A stretch of DNA of 55,864 bases from Minisyncoccota bacterium (GCA_023137615.1 JAGLOS010000002.1:1-55864); one strand, 5' to 3'; shown: positions 14,143-23,788, counted from the first letter of the stretch. Numbers and translations are program-made. The notes: generated by a model not told the origin, from the letters alone.

Positions 14143-15096
14143 ATGGACATGGAAGAACTAAATAAATCACAACTTATTCTTTTGGCTCTTTTGGTCAGTT
14201 TTGTCACTTCGATAGCAACAGGTATTGTTACGGTGACGCTCATGGACCAAGCTCCTCCCGGAGTTACCAAAACGATTAACAATATTGTTGAAAGAACGGT
14301 AGAGATCGTCCAACCGGAGAAAGAAACACAGATCATTACACAAGAGACGGTCATTCGGGAAAGTGATCTGATCAAGGATGCGGTACAAAAAAATATCGCC
14401 GGACTTGTTATCTTGTATACACAAGAAGACGAGGCGAAGAGGGAGGTTGGAAGCGGATTTCTTGTAACGTCTGACGGTTTTTTTGCAACTGATATAGATA
14501 GTGCCCTTCTTTCTGTCGAAGAAAAGGTGTTTGCGGAATATGGCGGTAGATCCTTTAAGACGCGTCTTGTTTCATACGATGAAGATATCTATGCTGCGAT
14601 CATGCAACTGGACGAGCTTGTGCAAGAGGACGAAGAAGAGGTGAATGAAGCGTTCTTTACTCCGGTTGTATTGTCCCAAAGCTCTCCGGTATTGGGAGAC
14701 GCAGTGATCGTGATCAATGCGACAGGCGGTGTTGAGATCGCCTCAGGCATTGTAACCCATATTGAAAAAGAAAAAGTCGAACTGGAGGATGGTTCGGTTT
14801 CAAATAACAATATCAAGTTCATATACACCGATATAATAATGGCAGGATCTGTTGATGGCGGACCACTCGTTTTTTTGAATGGTGAAGTTGGTGGTTTGGT
14901 ATTTGTTTCGAAAAATGACGATCTTCTTGCCATACCTGCTCAAACGATCCAAAACATGATAAATGTTGTTATACAACAAGGTGTTGAAACTGCTGCTCAA
15001 AATGCCCAAAGCGCGGCTGTTTTGTCCGGCGTAGAAGGAATTATCGAGTCTGAAGAGTCTGTTGAGACAGAAACAGAGGTCCCGACCCTGCAGTAA
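14143..15096 (+). CDS. Membrane-anchored trypsin-like (S1C/HtrA-like) domain protein, catalytic residues apparently not conserved
   Basis: 317 aa with an N-terminal TM helix. GSGFLVTSDGFFATD has no His where TNxHV is expected. AGSVDGGPLVFLNGEVGG stands where GNSGGP is expected. Confidence 0.55.
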   Translation: MDMEELNKSQLILLALLVSFVTSIATGIVTVTLMDQAPPGVTKTINNIVERTVEIVQPEKETQIITQETVIRESDLIKDAVQKNIAGLVILYTQEDEAKREVGSGFLVTSDGFFATDIDSALLSVEEKVFAEYGGRSFKTRLVSYDEDIYAAIMQLDELVQEDEEEVNEAFFTPVVLSQSSPVLGDAVIVINATGGVEIASGIVTHIEKEKVELEDGSVSNNNIKFIYTDIIMAGSVDGGPLVFLNGEVGGLVFVSKNDDLLAIPAQTIQNMINVVIQQGVETAAQNAQSAAVLSGVEGIIESEESVETETEVPTLQ

Positions 15097-15247
15097 AGAG
15101 TAAAAAATTAGACAGGTTTTATGTCAGTCAGATTTTCCGCAACTCCGGCGGGGTTGACTGATTTGTATAATAGTTGTATTGTTTACGGACATCCAGAAGG
15201 GCTTTTTGACTGAAAACTCAATATCATAGCTTTTAAATTTTTATATT

Positions 15248-17947
15248 ATGCCTCCATTTCAAAATTTTACATCAAAAGCACGAGAAGCGATTCGCAGGGC
15301 TCATGAGCTTGCTATTGAGCGTGGTCAAAATCACGTGAATTCACTTCATTTACTCACAGCACTTATCTTACAAGAAGAAAGTATGGTTCTTTCTATTTTG
15401 GAGAAGCTTGAAGTGGACACGATGATGTTAACCGATTCTCTTGTTGAATTGATCGAGACGGGTGAAGAAAGCGGATCTACCGCGTCACAGTCGTACCAGA
15501 TATATCTTACTCAAGAACTTGCTCAAACACTTGAGGGCGGTTCAAAGGTTGCGGCAGAACTTAAAGACGAATTTGTTTCAACAGAACATTTGTTCATCGC
15601 ACTCTTTGATGTTCCCGGTCAAGCCAGAGAGACGCTTGCTCGTTTTCGAATTACCAAGGATAACGTAATGCGTATACTCAAAGAATTGCGGGATAACAAC
15701 ATCACTGACGTGACCGGTGAAAAGAAATTTCGAGCGATTGCAAAATATACACGCAATCTAACCAAACTGGCATCAGAGGACAAGCTCGATCCGGTCATTG
15801 GTCGGGATGACGAAATAGGTCGTATTATGCAGATATTATCTCGCCGTACCAAGAATAACCCAATACTCATTGGTGAAGCTGGTGTGGGTAAGACTGCCGT
15901 TGTAGAAGGTCTGGCACAGCGTATGGCAAAGAACGATGTTCCCGAGAGTCTCAAAGAAAAAGAGTTGGTGTCACTTGATCTGGGTGCGCTTATCGCGGGG
16001 ACAAAGTATCGTGGTGAATTCGAGGATCGACTCAAAAAGATCATGAAAGAGATCGAGAGATCAGAGGGGAAAGTGATATTATTCATTGATGAGATCCATA
16101 CGATCGTCGGCGCGGGTGCCGCGGAAGGATCAATGGATGCGTCAAATCTTCTCAAGCCGGCGCTTTCTCGTGGAGAACTTCGGGCGATCGGTGCGACAAC
16201 TCTCAAGGAGTATCAAAAACATATTGAAAAAGATCCCGCACTTACCAGACGATTTCAACCAGTGTATGTAAATGAGCCATCTATAGAAGATGCTGTCGCT
16301 ATTTTGCGAGGACTCAAAGAAAAATATGAGCTCTTTCATGGTGTGAGGATTACAGATGATGCTATTTTGGCGGCGGTGAATTTGAGCAGTCGATATATTG
16401 CTGATCGTTTTCTTCCCGACAAGGCGGTTGATCTTGTTGACGAAGCTGCATCGGCGTTGCGTATATCATTGGAAAATAAACCACCGGAGCTTGAAGAGGC
16501 ACATCGTAAGATAATGCGTTTTGAGATTGAAAAAGAGGCACTTAAAAAAGATCTAAAAGGGGGTGACGGACGTTCGAAAGAAACCAAGAACGTAAAGACT
16601 CGAATGAAAAAGATCGAGAAAGAGATTGCGGATCTTCGTGAGAATACCAGAGAGCTTGAGCTTAAATGGAAAAATGAAAGAGGGACTCTTTTGGAGATAC
16701 GTGAAATAAAAAAAGAGATGGAAGCGTTGCGTGTTGAGGCGGAAAACGTTGAAATTAAAGCTGATCTCGAGCGAGCTGCAGAAATACGATACGGAAAGAT
16801 ACCGACTCTCGAGAAAGAACTAAAAGTAAAATTGGGACGACTCAAAAAATTGCAAAGTTCACGACGTATACTGAAAGAGGAAATAACCGAGGGGGATATT
16901 GCGGATGTTGTGTCTCGTTGGACAAATATTCCGGTTACCCGAATGCTTGAGGAAGAAGCAAGAAAACTTGCACGCATGGAAGAGACCTTACATAAGCGAG
17001 TTGTTGGACAAAATAAAGCGGTAGAAAAGATCGCGGATGCTGTAAAGAGATCACGTGCCGGTATTTCCGATCCGGACCGTCCGATTGGTTCATTCATGTT
17101 TTTGGGTCCAACGGGTGTTGGAAAGACAGAACTCTCCAAAGCTCTTGCGGAATTTATGTTTAATGACGAAAAATCACTTATCCGAGTTGATATGTCGGAA
17201 TTCATGGAGAGACACGCCGTCTCGAAACTCATTGGTTCTCCTCCGGGATATGTGGGTTATGAGGAGGGAGGTGGTCTTACCGAGATGGTGCGACATCGAC
17301 CATATTCCGTTATTCTCTTTGATGAAATAGAAAAGGCACATCCGGAGGTATTTAATATTCTTTTGCAAGTGCTCGACAACGGTCATCTGACCGATGCCAA
17401 AGGGAGAAAGGTGAATTTCAAAAATTCGGTTATCATTTTGACTTCGAATATTGGTTCGGAACATATTGCAAAAATGCAATCATTCGGCTTTGGTGCCGGT
17501 GACGTGGCAGGTGACTATGAAGTTGCAAAGGGCAAGGTGATGGATAGTTTGCATGATTTTTTTCGCCCAGAGTTTTTGAATCGACTTGATGAAATACTTC
17601 TTTTTGATATTTTGTCAAAAGACGCGATCGCAGAGATCGTTAAAATACAGGTTGGGAAAGTAGTGAAAAGACTTGCCGAGAAAGATGTAAAACTTGTTAT
17701 GGATGACAAGGTGTTGGAATATCTTGCAAAAGAAGGATACGATCCGCAATATGGTGCACGACCTTTGAAGAGGATCATACAAAGCAAGATACTTAATAAG
17801 GTCGCGGAACATATGATCACCAACAATATGCTCACCGGCGCTACGGTACATGTCGAAAAGAGAGGAAAAGAGATCAATGTGCGTGTTGAGAAAAGGAGAG
17901 GAAGAAAGAAAAAGAGTGAGGGGATAAAAGAGAAAGTTTTGACTTAA
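15248..17947 (+). CDS. clpB: ATP-dependent chaperone ClpB
   Basis: 899 aa with a Clp N-domain, two AAA+ modules (GEAGVGKT; GPTGVGKT) and a long coiled-coil middle domain between them. Confidence 0.95.
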   Translation: MPPFQNFTSKAREAIRRAHELAIERGQNHVNSLHLLTALILQEESMVLSILEKLEVDTMMLTDSLVELIETGEESGSTASQSYQIYLTQELAQTLEGGSKVAAELKDEFVSTEHLFIALFDVPGQARETLARFRITKDNVMRILKELRDNNITDVTGEKKFRAIAKYTRNLTKLASEDKLDPVIGRDDEIGRIMQILSRRTKNNPILIGEAGVGKTAVVEGLAQRMAKNDVPESLKEKELVSLDLGALIAGTKYRGEFEDRLKKIMKEIERSEGKVILFIDEIHTIVGAGAAEGSMDASNLLKPALSRGELRAIGATTLKEYQKHIEKDPALTRRFQPVYVNEPSIEDAVAILRGLKEKYELFHGVRITDDAILAAVNLSSRYIADRFLPDKAVDLVDEAASALRISLENKPPELEEAHRKIMRFEIEKEALKKDLKGGDGRSKETKNVKTRMKKIEKEIADLRENTRELELKWKNERGTLLEIREIKKEMEALRVEAENVEIKADLERAAEIRYGKIPTLEKELKVKLGRLKKLQSSRRILKEEITEGDIADVVSRWTNIPVTRMLEEEARKLARMEETLHKRVVGQNKAVEKIADAVKRSRAGISDPDRPIGSFMFLGPTGVGKTELSKALAEFMFNDEKSLIRVDMSEFMERHAVSKLIGSPPGYVGYEEGGGLTEMVRHRPYSVILFDEIEKAHPEVFNILLQVLDNGHLTDAKGRKVNFKNSVIILTSNIGSEHIAKMQSFGFGAGDVAGDYEVAKGKVMDSLHDFFRPEFLNRLDEILLFDILSKDAIAEIVKIQVGKVVKRLAEKDVKLVMDDKVLEYLAKEGYDPQYGARPLKRIIQSKILNKVAEHMITNNMLTGATVHVEKRGKEINVRVEKRRGRKKKSEGIKEKVLT

Positions 17948-17966
17948 AAAGAAAATTTGCTTAGAA

Positions 17967-17998
17967 TGTAATACGTACTTTTAAAAGTACGTATTACA
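17967..17998 (+). terminator. Palindromic hairpin after clpB, abutting tRNA-Tyr
   Basis: TGTAATACGTACTTTT / AAAAGTACGTATTACA form a perfect 32-nt palindrome. Confidence 0.7.
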
Positions 17999-18001
17999 TA
18001 T

Positions 18002-18085
18002 GCGTCGGTGGCGGAGTGGTCAATCGCGGCGGACTGTAAATCCGCTGACTTTATGTCTACGTTGGTTCAAATCCAACCCGGCGCA
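18002..18085 (+). tRNA. tRNA-Tyr(GTA): tRNA-Tyr (anticodon GTA), type II
   Basis: Acceptor GCGTCGG/CCGGCGC, anticodon arm GCGGA-CTGTAAA-TCCGC, a long variable arm and T-arm GTTGG-TTCAAAT-CCAAC. Confidence 0.9.
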
Positions 18086-18087
18086 CA

Positions 18088-18129
18088 AAATACCAAAACC
18101 AGAGCGAAAACTCTGGTTTTGTTGTATTT
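18088..18129 (+). terminator. Hairpin/terminator after tRNA-Tyr
   Basis: AAATACCAAAACCAGAG / CTCTGGTTTTGTTGTATTT with one bulge. The outer stem sequence resembles the hairpin at 23381-23424. Confidence 0.75.
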
Positions 18130-18133
18130 GTTA

Positions 18134-18152
18134 CGCCGGGTTGGATTTGAAC
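18134..18152 (-). repeat. Inverted copy of the tRNA-Tyr 3' end
   Basis: CGCCGGGTTGGATTTGAAC is the exact reverse complement of 18066-18084 (19/19). Confidence 0.85.
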
Positions 18153-18263
18153 GACGAAAAGTTAAATTCGACTAGGGATTGTAAAAGAAATATTTTATTG
18201 AAAATTATTTATCCACTGAATTTTTTATGTCTCTCATTCTCTCTTGGTATAATATAATTACTT

Positions 18264-20180
18264 ATGGATACGGTAAGAGGAAAAGAAGTGCATGAGAATA
18301 GGGTTTTGATAGAGAAGCTTGTTGGTAAGCTTCTATCTTCGGGTAGCATTACGGATTCTGATATACCGGAAACAACTTTATTATTCAGAAAAACACTTGT
18401 GCGTCACCCGAATAAAACTCCTCGGGAACGTGTTGAAATATTAGTAAGTGAATTTCACAAATACAAGGACGAACATAAAAGTGTTTCTAATACCGTACAA
18501 AAAAATACTCCAATTATTACAGAACAAGTCGTGTCTGTTGTAAAAGAGCACAAGCCCTCGGAGGTGGATCAAAAGATCGTTGTTGACCCGCAAGAACAAA
18601 TGCTTATAACAAAAATCATTGGTAATCTTCTTGAAAACGACAAAGATATTCCTCTTGTATTAAAAACCAAAGCGGACGATTTTTTGACATTCGAGTCAAA
18701 ATATATTCTTGGTACCGGAGTAAGTGAGCCGGTTGTTCAGAGACTTATCGAGAATTTGCTTAAAGATTTCAAACAGAAAAAGGGTCTTGTAAAAAAACAT
18801 GCACCTGTCTCTGAGCCGGTCCTGCCGGTTGCAAAACAGGCAGTAGAGAAAATTGTTGAATCAAAAGAACCATCAGATGAGTTGCAAGCAAGCCCCGTTG
18901 ACGCTCGATTATATCCTCAAAAAGCAGAAGAAAAAGAGATTCGCAAACAACCACAGGTGCAACCTATTGTACAGGCATCGCAGATACAGTCGCAAATATT
19001 ACATAAAACATCTACTGAATTACTCTCTGACCAAACAGAAAGACCTGTTGACATAACACCGCAACTTGCTCAACAGATGCCTAAGCAGCAAATATCGACA
19101 TCAACGAAGACAGAGATTGCTGAGCAGATAGCGTCTCTTTCACAGCCCGAAGTGAAAGTTGGAGCTTCTGAACAAACACAGCAAACACAACAGACATCGC
19201 AAAGTTCATTAAAAGAAGAAAAAGTGTTTGGTACAAAAGTCATGTCACCTGTCGCACAAGCGCCACTGAGAAATATGCCCGGGATAAAGAGCAATGTTCA
19301 AGGAGTGCCTCTTTCTACCGTACAACGATCCAAAAAGTCTTTAGCAGAAAAGATGATGCAAGCAGCTCGACAGGCAGATGAATCAAATCCTTTGGTATCA
19401 AGTCAGCATCCCACCGAGATGCCAAAGAGACCGCTTGGAAGAAAGAATCTTTCGCAAATACAAAAAAAAGCATTTGAAGCAGACATAAGAAATGTAAAAA
19501 TAAAAGAAGAGGTTGTCCAACCAATTCCACAAGATACTTCAAAGAAAAACGAACAACAAAAACAAATTGCACATCAAGTTGCTCAAAGTATCAAAGAAAA
19601 AAAGGGGAGTTTGGAAAATAACATGTCTTCTGCATCAAATACAAAAATGATGTTTGATAGAAGTTTTAATCTGGACGGTACGCGTATTCAAAAAAAACAC
19701 GAAATACACGGTCAACAAAAAGACCTTTTTGGAAAATATGTATCAGAGAGAGTTGACGCGGTCATCAAAGTTGTGCGCGAGCACGGTGTAACAGATGAGG
19801 AAAAAATACAAAACACCAAAGATTCGTTAACTACGCAGGCTCAGAAAATTGTGGATGATCAGAGCGTCTCTATCAGCGAAAGGATCAGTATTCTTGATAA
19901 GATGTTCAGTGAAAAGCAACTTCAATTTGCCGCCGCCGGGCGTGTCGATATAACATCTTCCATCAAACAATTAGTGGATCCGATAATGGAGAGAGCAAAA
20001 CAGGAGATTCGTACAAAAGACGAACAGGGTGATGTAAAGTTTATGGATACATTGCATAACACATTGCATTTTAAGGTGAGACATCTCTTTGGGACCGATA
20101 TGGAAAAAGATAAGATCAAAGCTGAATTAGAGGAAGAATATATTAAGCACAAGACTTTTTATCTCAAAGGCGCGAAATGA
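18264..20180 (+). CDS. Large hypothetical protein, K/E/Q-rich, low complexity
   Basis: 638-aa uninterrupted ORF. The N-terminus has a thrice-repeated helical motif (LIEKLVGKLL / ITKIIGNLL / LIENLLKDF). I recognise no catalytic motif. Confidence 0.6.
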   Translation: MDTVRGKEVHENRVLIEKLVGKLLSSGSITDSDIPETTLLFRKTLVRHPNKTPRERVEILVSEFHKYKDEHKSVSNTVQKNTPIITEQVVSVVKEHKPSEVDQKIVVDPQEQMLITKIIGNLLENDKDIPLVLKTKADDFLTFESKYILGTGVSEPVVQRLIENLLKDFKQKKGLVKKHAPVSEPVLPVAKQAVEKIVESKEPSDELQASPVDARLYPQKAEEKEIRKQPQVQPIVQASQIQSQILHKTSTELLSDQTERPVDITPQLAQQMPKQQISTSTKTEIAEQIASLSQPEVKVGASEQTQQTQQTSQSSLKEEKVFGTKVMSPVAQAPLRNMPGIKSNVQGVPLSTVQRSKKSLAEKMMQAARQADESNPLVSSQHPTEMPKRPLGRKNLSQIQKKAFEADIRNVKIKEEVVQPIPQDTSKKNEQQKQIAHQVAQSIKEKKGSLENNMSSASNTKMMFDRSFNLDGTRIQKKHEIHGQQKDLFGKYVSERVDAVIKVVREHGVTDEEKIQNTKDSLTTQAQKIVDDQSVSISERISILDKMFSEKQLQFAAAGRVDITSSIKQLVDPIMERAKQEIRTKDEQGDVKFMDTLHNTLHFKVRHLFGTDMEKDKIKAELEEEYIKHKTFYLKGAK

Positions 20181-20269
20181 GATAAAAGAGGTTTCGGAAC
20201 GTCATACTTGATTTATTTTGTTATTTCTAGTATGATTGCTCCTATTGTAACGGTAGAAAACCAAGAATT

Positions 20270-20431
20270 ATGTCACAGAATCAATTGATCAAATTACAGT
20301 GCACCAAGTGTAAGAACCTTAATTACTGGTCACGAAAGAACAAAAAGCTTGTTGTGCGGAAAATTGAGCTTGAAAAGTATTGTAATACTTGCCGGGCAAA
20401 GACACTTCATAAAGAGATCAAAAAGAAATAA
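20270..20431 (+). CDS. rpmG: 50S ribosomal protein L33
   Basis: 53 aa, below the ORF-track cutoff: MSQNQLIKLQCTKCKNLNYWSRKNKKLVVRKIELEKYCNTCRAKTLHKEIKKK. It has the two CxxC pairs and the KYC..C...H.E.K signature of L33. Confidence 0.85.
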   Translation: MSQNQLIKLQCTKCKNLNYWSRKNKKLVVRKIELEKYCNTCRAKTLHKEIKKK

Positions 20432-20469
20432 CAAAAGAAAACAGCCCATAAGGGCTGTTTTCTTTTGTT
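20430..20469. terminator. Bidirectional terminator shared by rpmG and tRNA-Trp
   Basis: 18-bp stem AACAAAAGAAAACAGCCC / GGGCTGTTTTCTTTTGTT with loop ATAA. Confidence 0.8.
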
Positions 20470-20472
20470 ATG

Positions 20473-20543
20473 CGGGCCCACGAGGACTCGAACCTCGGTC
20501 AACGGTTTTGGAGACCGTTATTCTACCACTGAACTATAGGCCC
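20473..20543 (-). tRNA. tRNA-Trp(CCA): tRNA-Trp (anticodon CCA)
   Basis: The reverse complement is GGGCCTA...TGGGCCC+G, with anticodon arm ACGGT-CTCCAAA-ACCGT and T-arm CGAGG-TTCGAGT-CCTCG. Length 71 nt. Confidence 0.9.
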
Positions 20544-20621
20544 AATTGAATTTTTAATAAGACGGACTTTTCACGAACCAATCTTTTCAACTTTCAATTT
20601 GTTTAGTATATAGAAAAAAAA

Positions 20622-21533
20622 TTAAAACTGCAAAAAATTACTAACATACCCAAGGGTTTTTTCTTGTTCGTCAAATTGTACCCACTTTGTTCGCGTATCC
20701 TTTTTGAACCATGTTTTTTGACGTTTTGCATAATGCCAGATCGCGGTTTCGAGTTGTTCGAGCATTTGATCCTTTGGGAGTTTGTTTTGTAGATAGAGAG
20801 CAAGGTATTTATATTCGAGTCCGATCTCTTCCATGCGTCTCCATGATACACCTTGATCGTTCATCCTTTTTGCTTCTGCTACCATACCTCGGCGCATGCG
20901 TTTAAGTAAGCGTTTGGATATTCTTTTCTTTAATACATTGTCTTCTGTGGTGATACCGATCTGTAGTACATCGTATTTACTTGAGGGCCGGATCTCCATG
21001 TGGGGGACACGACCGAGCTTTGTTGCGATCTCGATCGCGCGTATAAGCCGATGAGGATTGTACCTGTCTATTTCACTAGCACGATGTTTGTCGAGTTTTT
21101 TGAGTTGAGCAAAGAGATTTTCTGTTGAAAGTTTCCCCAATTTTTTACGCAGGATCAAGTTCGGTTTGACTTCAGGGAAAAGGATGTCGTCAACGACAGC
21201 TTGAATATAAAAGCCGGTGCCGCCACACAGGATAGGGAGCTTGTTTCGTCGCGCGATGTCTCGGATCGCTTTTTCTGCCTCGCGTTTGAAACGCGATACA
21301 CTGTAGCGTCGTTTTGGGTCAGCAACGTCAAGCAAGTGGTGGGGGATTCCCGCCTTCTCTCTTTTAGTGACTTTTCCTGTGCCGATATCCAGCCCTTTGT
21401 ATACTTGCCGTGAATCGGTGGAAACGATCTCACCATTGAATTTTTTTGCAATGATAACCGCAAGATCGCTTTTGCCCGATGAGGTGGGTCCGAGAACAAC
21501 AACTAGTTTTGGTTTGTTTGGAATAGAGACCAT
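20622..21533 (-). CDS. miaA: tRNA dimethylallyltransferase
   Basis: P-loop VVLGPTSSGKSDLA, then STDSRQVYKGLDIGTGK. I prefer the ATG at 21533; the longest ORF reaches 21599. Confidence 0.9.
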   Translation of the reverse strand: MVSIPNKPKLVVVLGPTSSGKSDLAVIIAKKFNGEIVSTDSRQVYKGLDIGTGKVTKREKAGIPHHLLDVADPKRRYSVSRFKREAEKAIRDIARRNKLPILCGGTGFYIQAVVDDILFPEVKPNLILRKKLGKLSTENLFAQLKKLDKHRASEIDRYNPHRLIRAIEIATKLGRVPHMEIRPSSKYDVLQIGITTEDNVLKKRISKRLLKRMRRGMVAEAKRMNDQGVSWRRMEEIGLEYKYLALYLQNKLPKDQMLEQLETAIWHYAKRQKTWFKKDTRTKWVQFDEQEKTLGYVSNFLQF

Positions 21534-21683
21534 TTCATTAGTTGTATCAAAAATAGACTTGAAATGCAAAATGACAGATCTATAGAAATTTTGCCACACT
21601 GTGTTTTCGTGCTTTTCTCGCTCTACGTCGTTAATGAAATTGCAGTTGCAACGCTGTTATTTTTTGGTTAAGATAGAGTTCAT

Positions 21684-21765
21684 GCCGGAGTGGCGGAATT
21701 GGTAGACGCGCACGACTCAAAATCGTGTTCCTTCGGGAGTGGGAGTTCGATTCTCCCCTCCGGCA
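21684..21765 (+). tRNA. tRNA-Leu(CAA): tRNA-Leu (anticodon CAA), type II
   Basis: Acceptor GCCGGAG/CTCCGGC+A, anticodon arm CACGA-CTCAAAA-TCGTG and T-arm GGGAG-TTCGATT-CTCCC. Confidence 0.9.
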
Positions 21766-21960
21766 CATATGTAACAACGCCTTTTGGGGCGTTTTTGCAT
21801 ATGTGCCGGAGAGCAAGCAAACCGCTTTGCTTGCGTGGGAGAATCGAAAGGCGGAGCTATATCGCACGGAGCGTAGCGAGTACGACAGCGAGCCCGGGTA
21901 GGAAGCTCTTAGTGTTTTTAAGCTCTGCAAGAGCGTAAAAAATACTTAGAGACTTGACGC
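21766..21960 (-). repeat. tRNA-flank module: hairpin, split inverted copy of the tRNA-Leu(CAA) 3' end, and family body
   Basis: TGCCGGAG (21804-21811) is the reverse complement of 21758-21765. GGGAGAATCGAA (21837-21848) is the reverse complement of 21746-21757. The mini-hairpin GCAAGCAAACCGCTTTGCTTGC (21813-21834) separates them. The body resembles the reverse complement of 7427-7600. Confidence 0.75.
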
Positions 21961-22062
21961 CGATTCGCCCTACTGCAAAAACAAAAAGAATCCTTTTTTA
22001 TAAAAACGAATTGATCAAGATATTCACATACATTCATAAAAAGTACGTGATATAATACACGC

Positions 22063-23031
22063 ATGCAGAAGATTCGTGTGGGAGTTTTAAGAGGGGGAAC
22101 AAGCTCGGAATATGATATGTCTCTAAAGACGGGAGATGCGGTTCTTGCCGCACTTGATACAAACAAGTATGTATCGAAAGACCTATTGATAACAAAAGAT
22201 GGCACATGGCATGTAAATGGTTTTTCTTCCTCACCTGAGAAAATAACTCGTGAAGTCGATGTTGTATTCAACGCGCTTCATGGTGAATATGGTGAGGACG
22301 GAAAAGTACAACAACAGCTTGAGGCATTTAATATTCCATATACGGGATCTCGTATCGTGCCGTCGGCCATTGCAATGAATAAGGGTTTAGCAAAGCACTG
22401 TTTTGAATTTTATGGATTCAAAACTCCCAGAAGTATCACGGTGAAAAAGGGGGATGATATACAGAAAGCGCTCTTGCTTTTTTTCCAAGAAGTGTCCGGA
22501 AGACATGTGGTCAAACCGCTTACCGGCAGGTTGTCACTTGGTATTGGAATAACAAATAGTTTTGAGGAGCTTTTTGATGCGGTAGAAACGGTATTTAAAG
22601 AAAACGAAGCGGTGCTTGTTGAAGAATATATAAAAGGAAGGGAGCTAACATGTGGTGTTGTGGACGGACTCGGCAAAGATGATAATTATTCTCTTTATCC
22701 CATAGAGATCGTGAAAGAAGAGTCAGAAGGGGTCTGTGGATGCGGATCAAAATACAACGGGCAAATACTCGAAGTGTGTCCCGCAAATCTTGATGAGAAA
22801 CGGTCAAAAGAAATCCAACGGCTTGCGCTTGAGGCGCACAAACAGATAGGTCTTCGTCACTACTCACGATCTGATTTTATAGTAACGGGAAACAATATTT
22901 ACCTTCTTGAAGTGAATAGTTTGCCGTGGCTTGCGCCCGAATCACTTCTTCCAAAATCCCTTAAAGCCGCGAATCTTGAATTTCCCGAGTTTGTAGATTA
23001 TTTACTAACCCTTGCATTAACAAAGAAATAA
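22063..23031 (+). CDS. ddl: D-alanine--D-alanine ligase
   Basis: 322 aa: KIRVGVLRGGTSSEYDMSLKTG, FNALHGEYGEDGKVQQQLE...IPYTGS, and an ATP-grasp C-terminal part (LLEVNSLP). Confidence 0.9.
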   Translation: MQKIRVGVLRGGTSSEYDMSLKTGDAVLAALDTNKYVSKDLLITKDGTWHVNGFSSSPEKITREVDVVFNALHGEYGEDGKVQQQLEAFNIPYTGSRIVPSAIAMNKGLAKHCFEFYGFKTPRSITVKKGDDIQKALLLFFQEVSGRHVVKPLTGRLSLGIGITNSFEELFDAVETVFKENEAVLVEEYIKGRELTCGVVDGLGKDDNYSLYPIEIVKEESEGVCGCGSKYNGQILEVCPANLDEKRSKEIQRLALEAHKQIGLRHYSRSDFIVTGNNIYLLEVNSLPWLAPESLLPKSLKAANLEFPEFVDYLLTLALTKK

Positions 23032-23107
23032 GATATAATATTCAGCACTTGGTTTTTCAAGTATTTAAAAATTATATAGTTAGTAAATTTAAAAGAATTT
23101 ACTTCAC

Positions 23108-23181
23108 GGGCCCGTAGCTCAGTTGGCTAGAGCACCTGTTTTGCACTCAGGAGGTCGCAGGTTCAATTCCTGTCGGGTCCA
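23108..23181 (+). tRNA. tRNA-Ala(TGC): tRNA-Ala (anticodon TGC)
   Basis: GGGCCCG acceptor with the G3:U70 pair, anticodon loop TTTGCAC (31:39 is a T:T mismatch) and T-arm GCAGG-TTCAATT-CCTGT. Confidence 0.85.
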
Positions 23182-23700
23182 CAAAAACCAAAATCCAAGC
23201 GATAGCTTGGGTTTTGTTGTTTTTGCGAGACCCGACAGGAATTGAACGGCGCAAGGCGGTATACAAGACGACCGTAGGGAGTGCTTGTCGCCGCGCCGCG
23301 TCCAGCAGTACTTATGAACTTGGAGTCCCGTAGGGCGAACAAGCGAGTTAGTAACTGCGGGACAATTCCTCTATGTCCACAAATTACCAAAACCGAAGCG
23401 TCTGCTTCGGTTTTGTTGTAATTTGTAGGACCCGACAGGAATTGAAAGACGGAGCAGGGGTTCCCTGCCTGTAGCGAAGCGGAAGGTAGGGCTGCGAGTC
23501 AGGGTCGTGAGCACTTAGCGTTTTTGGAGCATGAAAGGAGAACAAAAAGCTTAGTGACTCCTGACCAATTCCTCTAGGTCCACAACGACAAAAAAACTCG
23601 CGTATGCGAGTTTTTTTAATGTCGTTGTGGACCCGACAGGAGTTGCGACATTGTTTCCCTGTGAGCTTGTGAGTTAGGGTGCCTTTGTTGTGAACAGCCA
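23182..23700 (+). repeat. Three tandem modules of about 200 bp derived from the tRNA-Ala 3' end
   Basis: Inverted copies GACCCGACAGGAATTGAA(C) lie at 23229-23247 and 23428-23446, with a decayed one at 23628-23645. Decayed direct copies lie at 23361-23381 and 23561-23584. Hairpins lie at 23183-23225, 23381-23424 and 23583-23628. ORFs 23163-23390 and 23384-23701 are artefacts. Confidence 0.8.
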
Positions 23701-23788
23701 CGGCTACACCGGGGGTAAATTTATTCTAACTATGATAAAATAGGAGTATTATCGATAATTATTCTCAATTTGATATTTCTTGTAATAT

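Noticed and set aside
20349-20549. ORF 20349-20549 (plus).
   Set aside because: It is out of frame with the clearly recognisable rpmG (20270-20431) and reads through the shared terminator and tRNA-Trp.
21631-21938. ORFs 21631-21930 (minus) and 21690-21938 (plus).
   Set aside because: Both run across tRNA-Leu(CAA) and its flank repeat.
23163-23701. Minus-strand ORFs 23163-23390 and 23384-23701.
   Set aside because: They overlap the tRNA-Ala 3' end and span the three palindromic modules and their hairpins. Their composition is that of the repeats, not of coding sequence.
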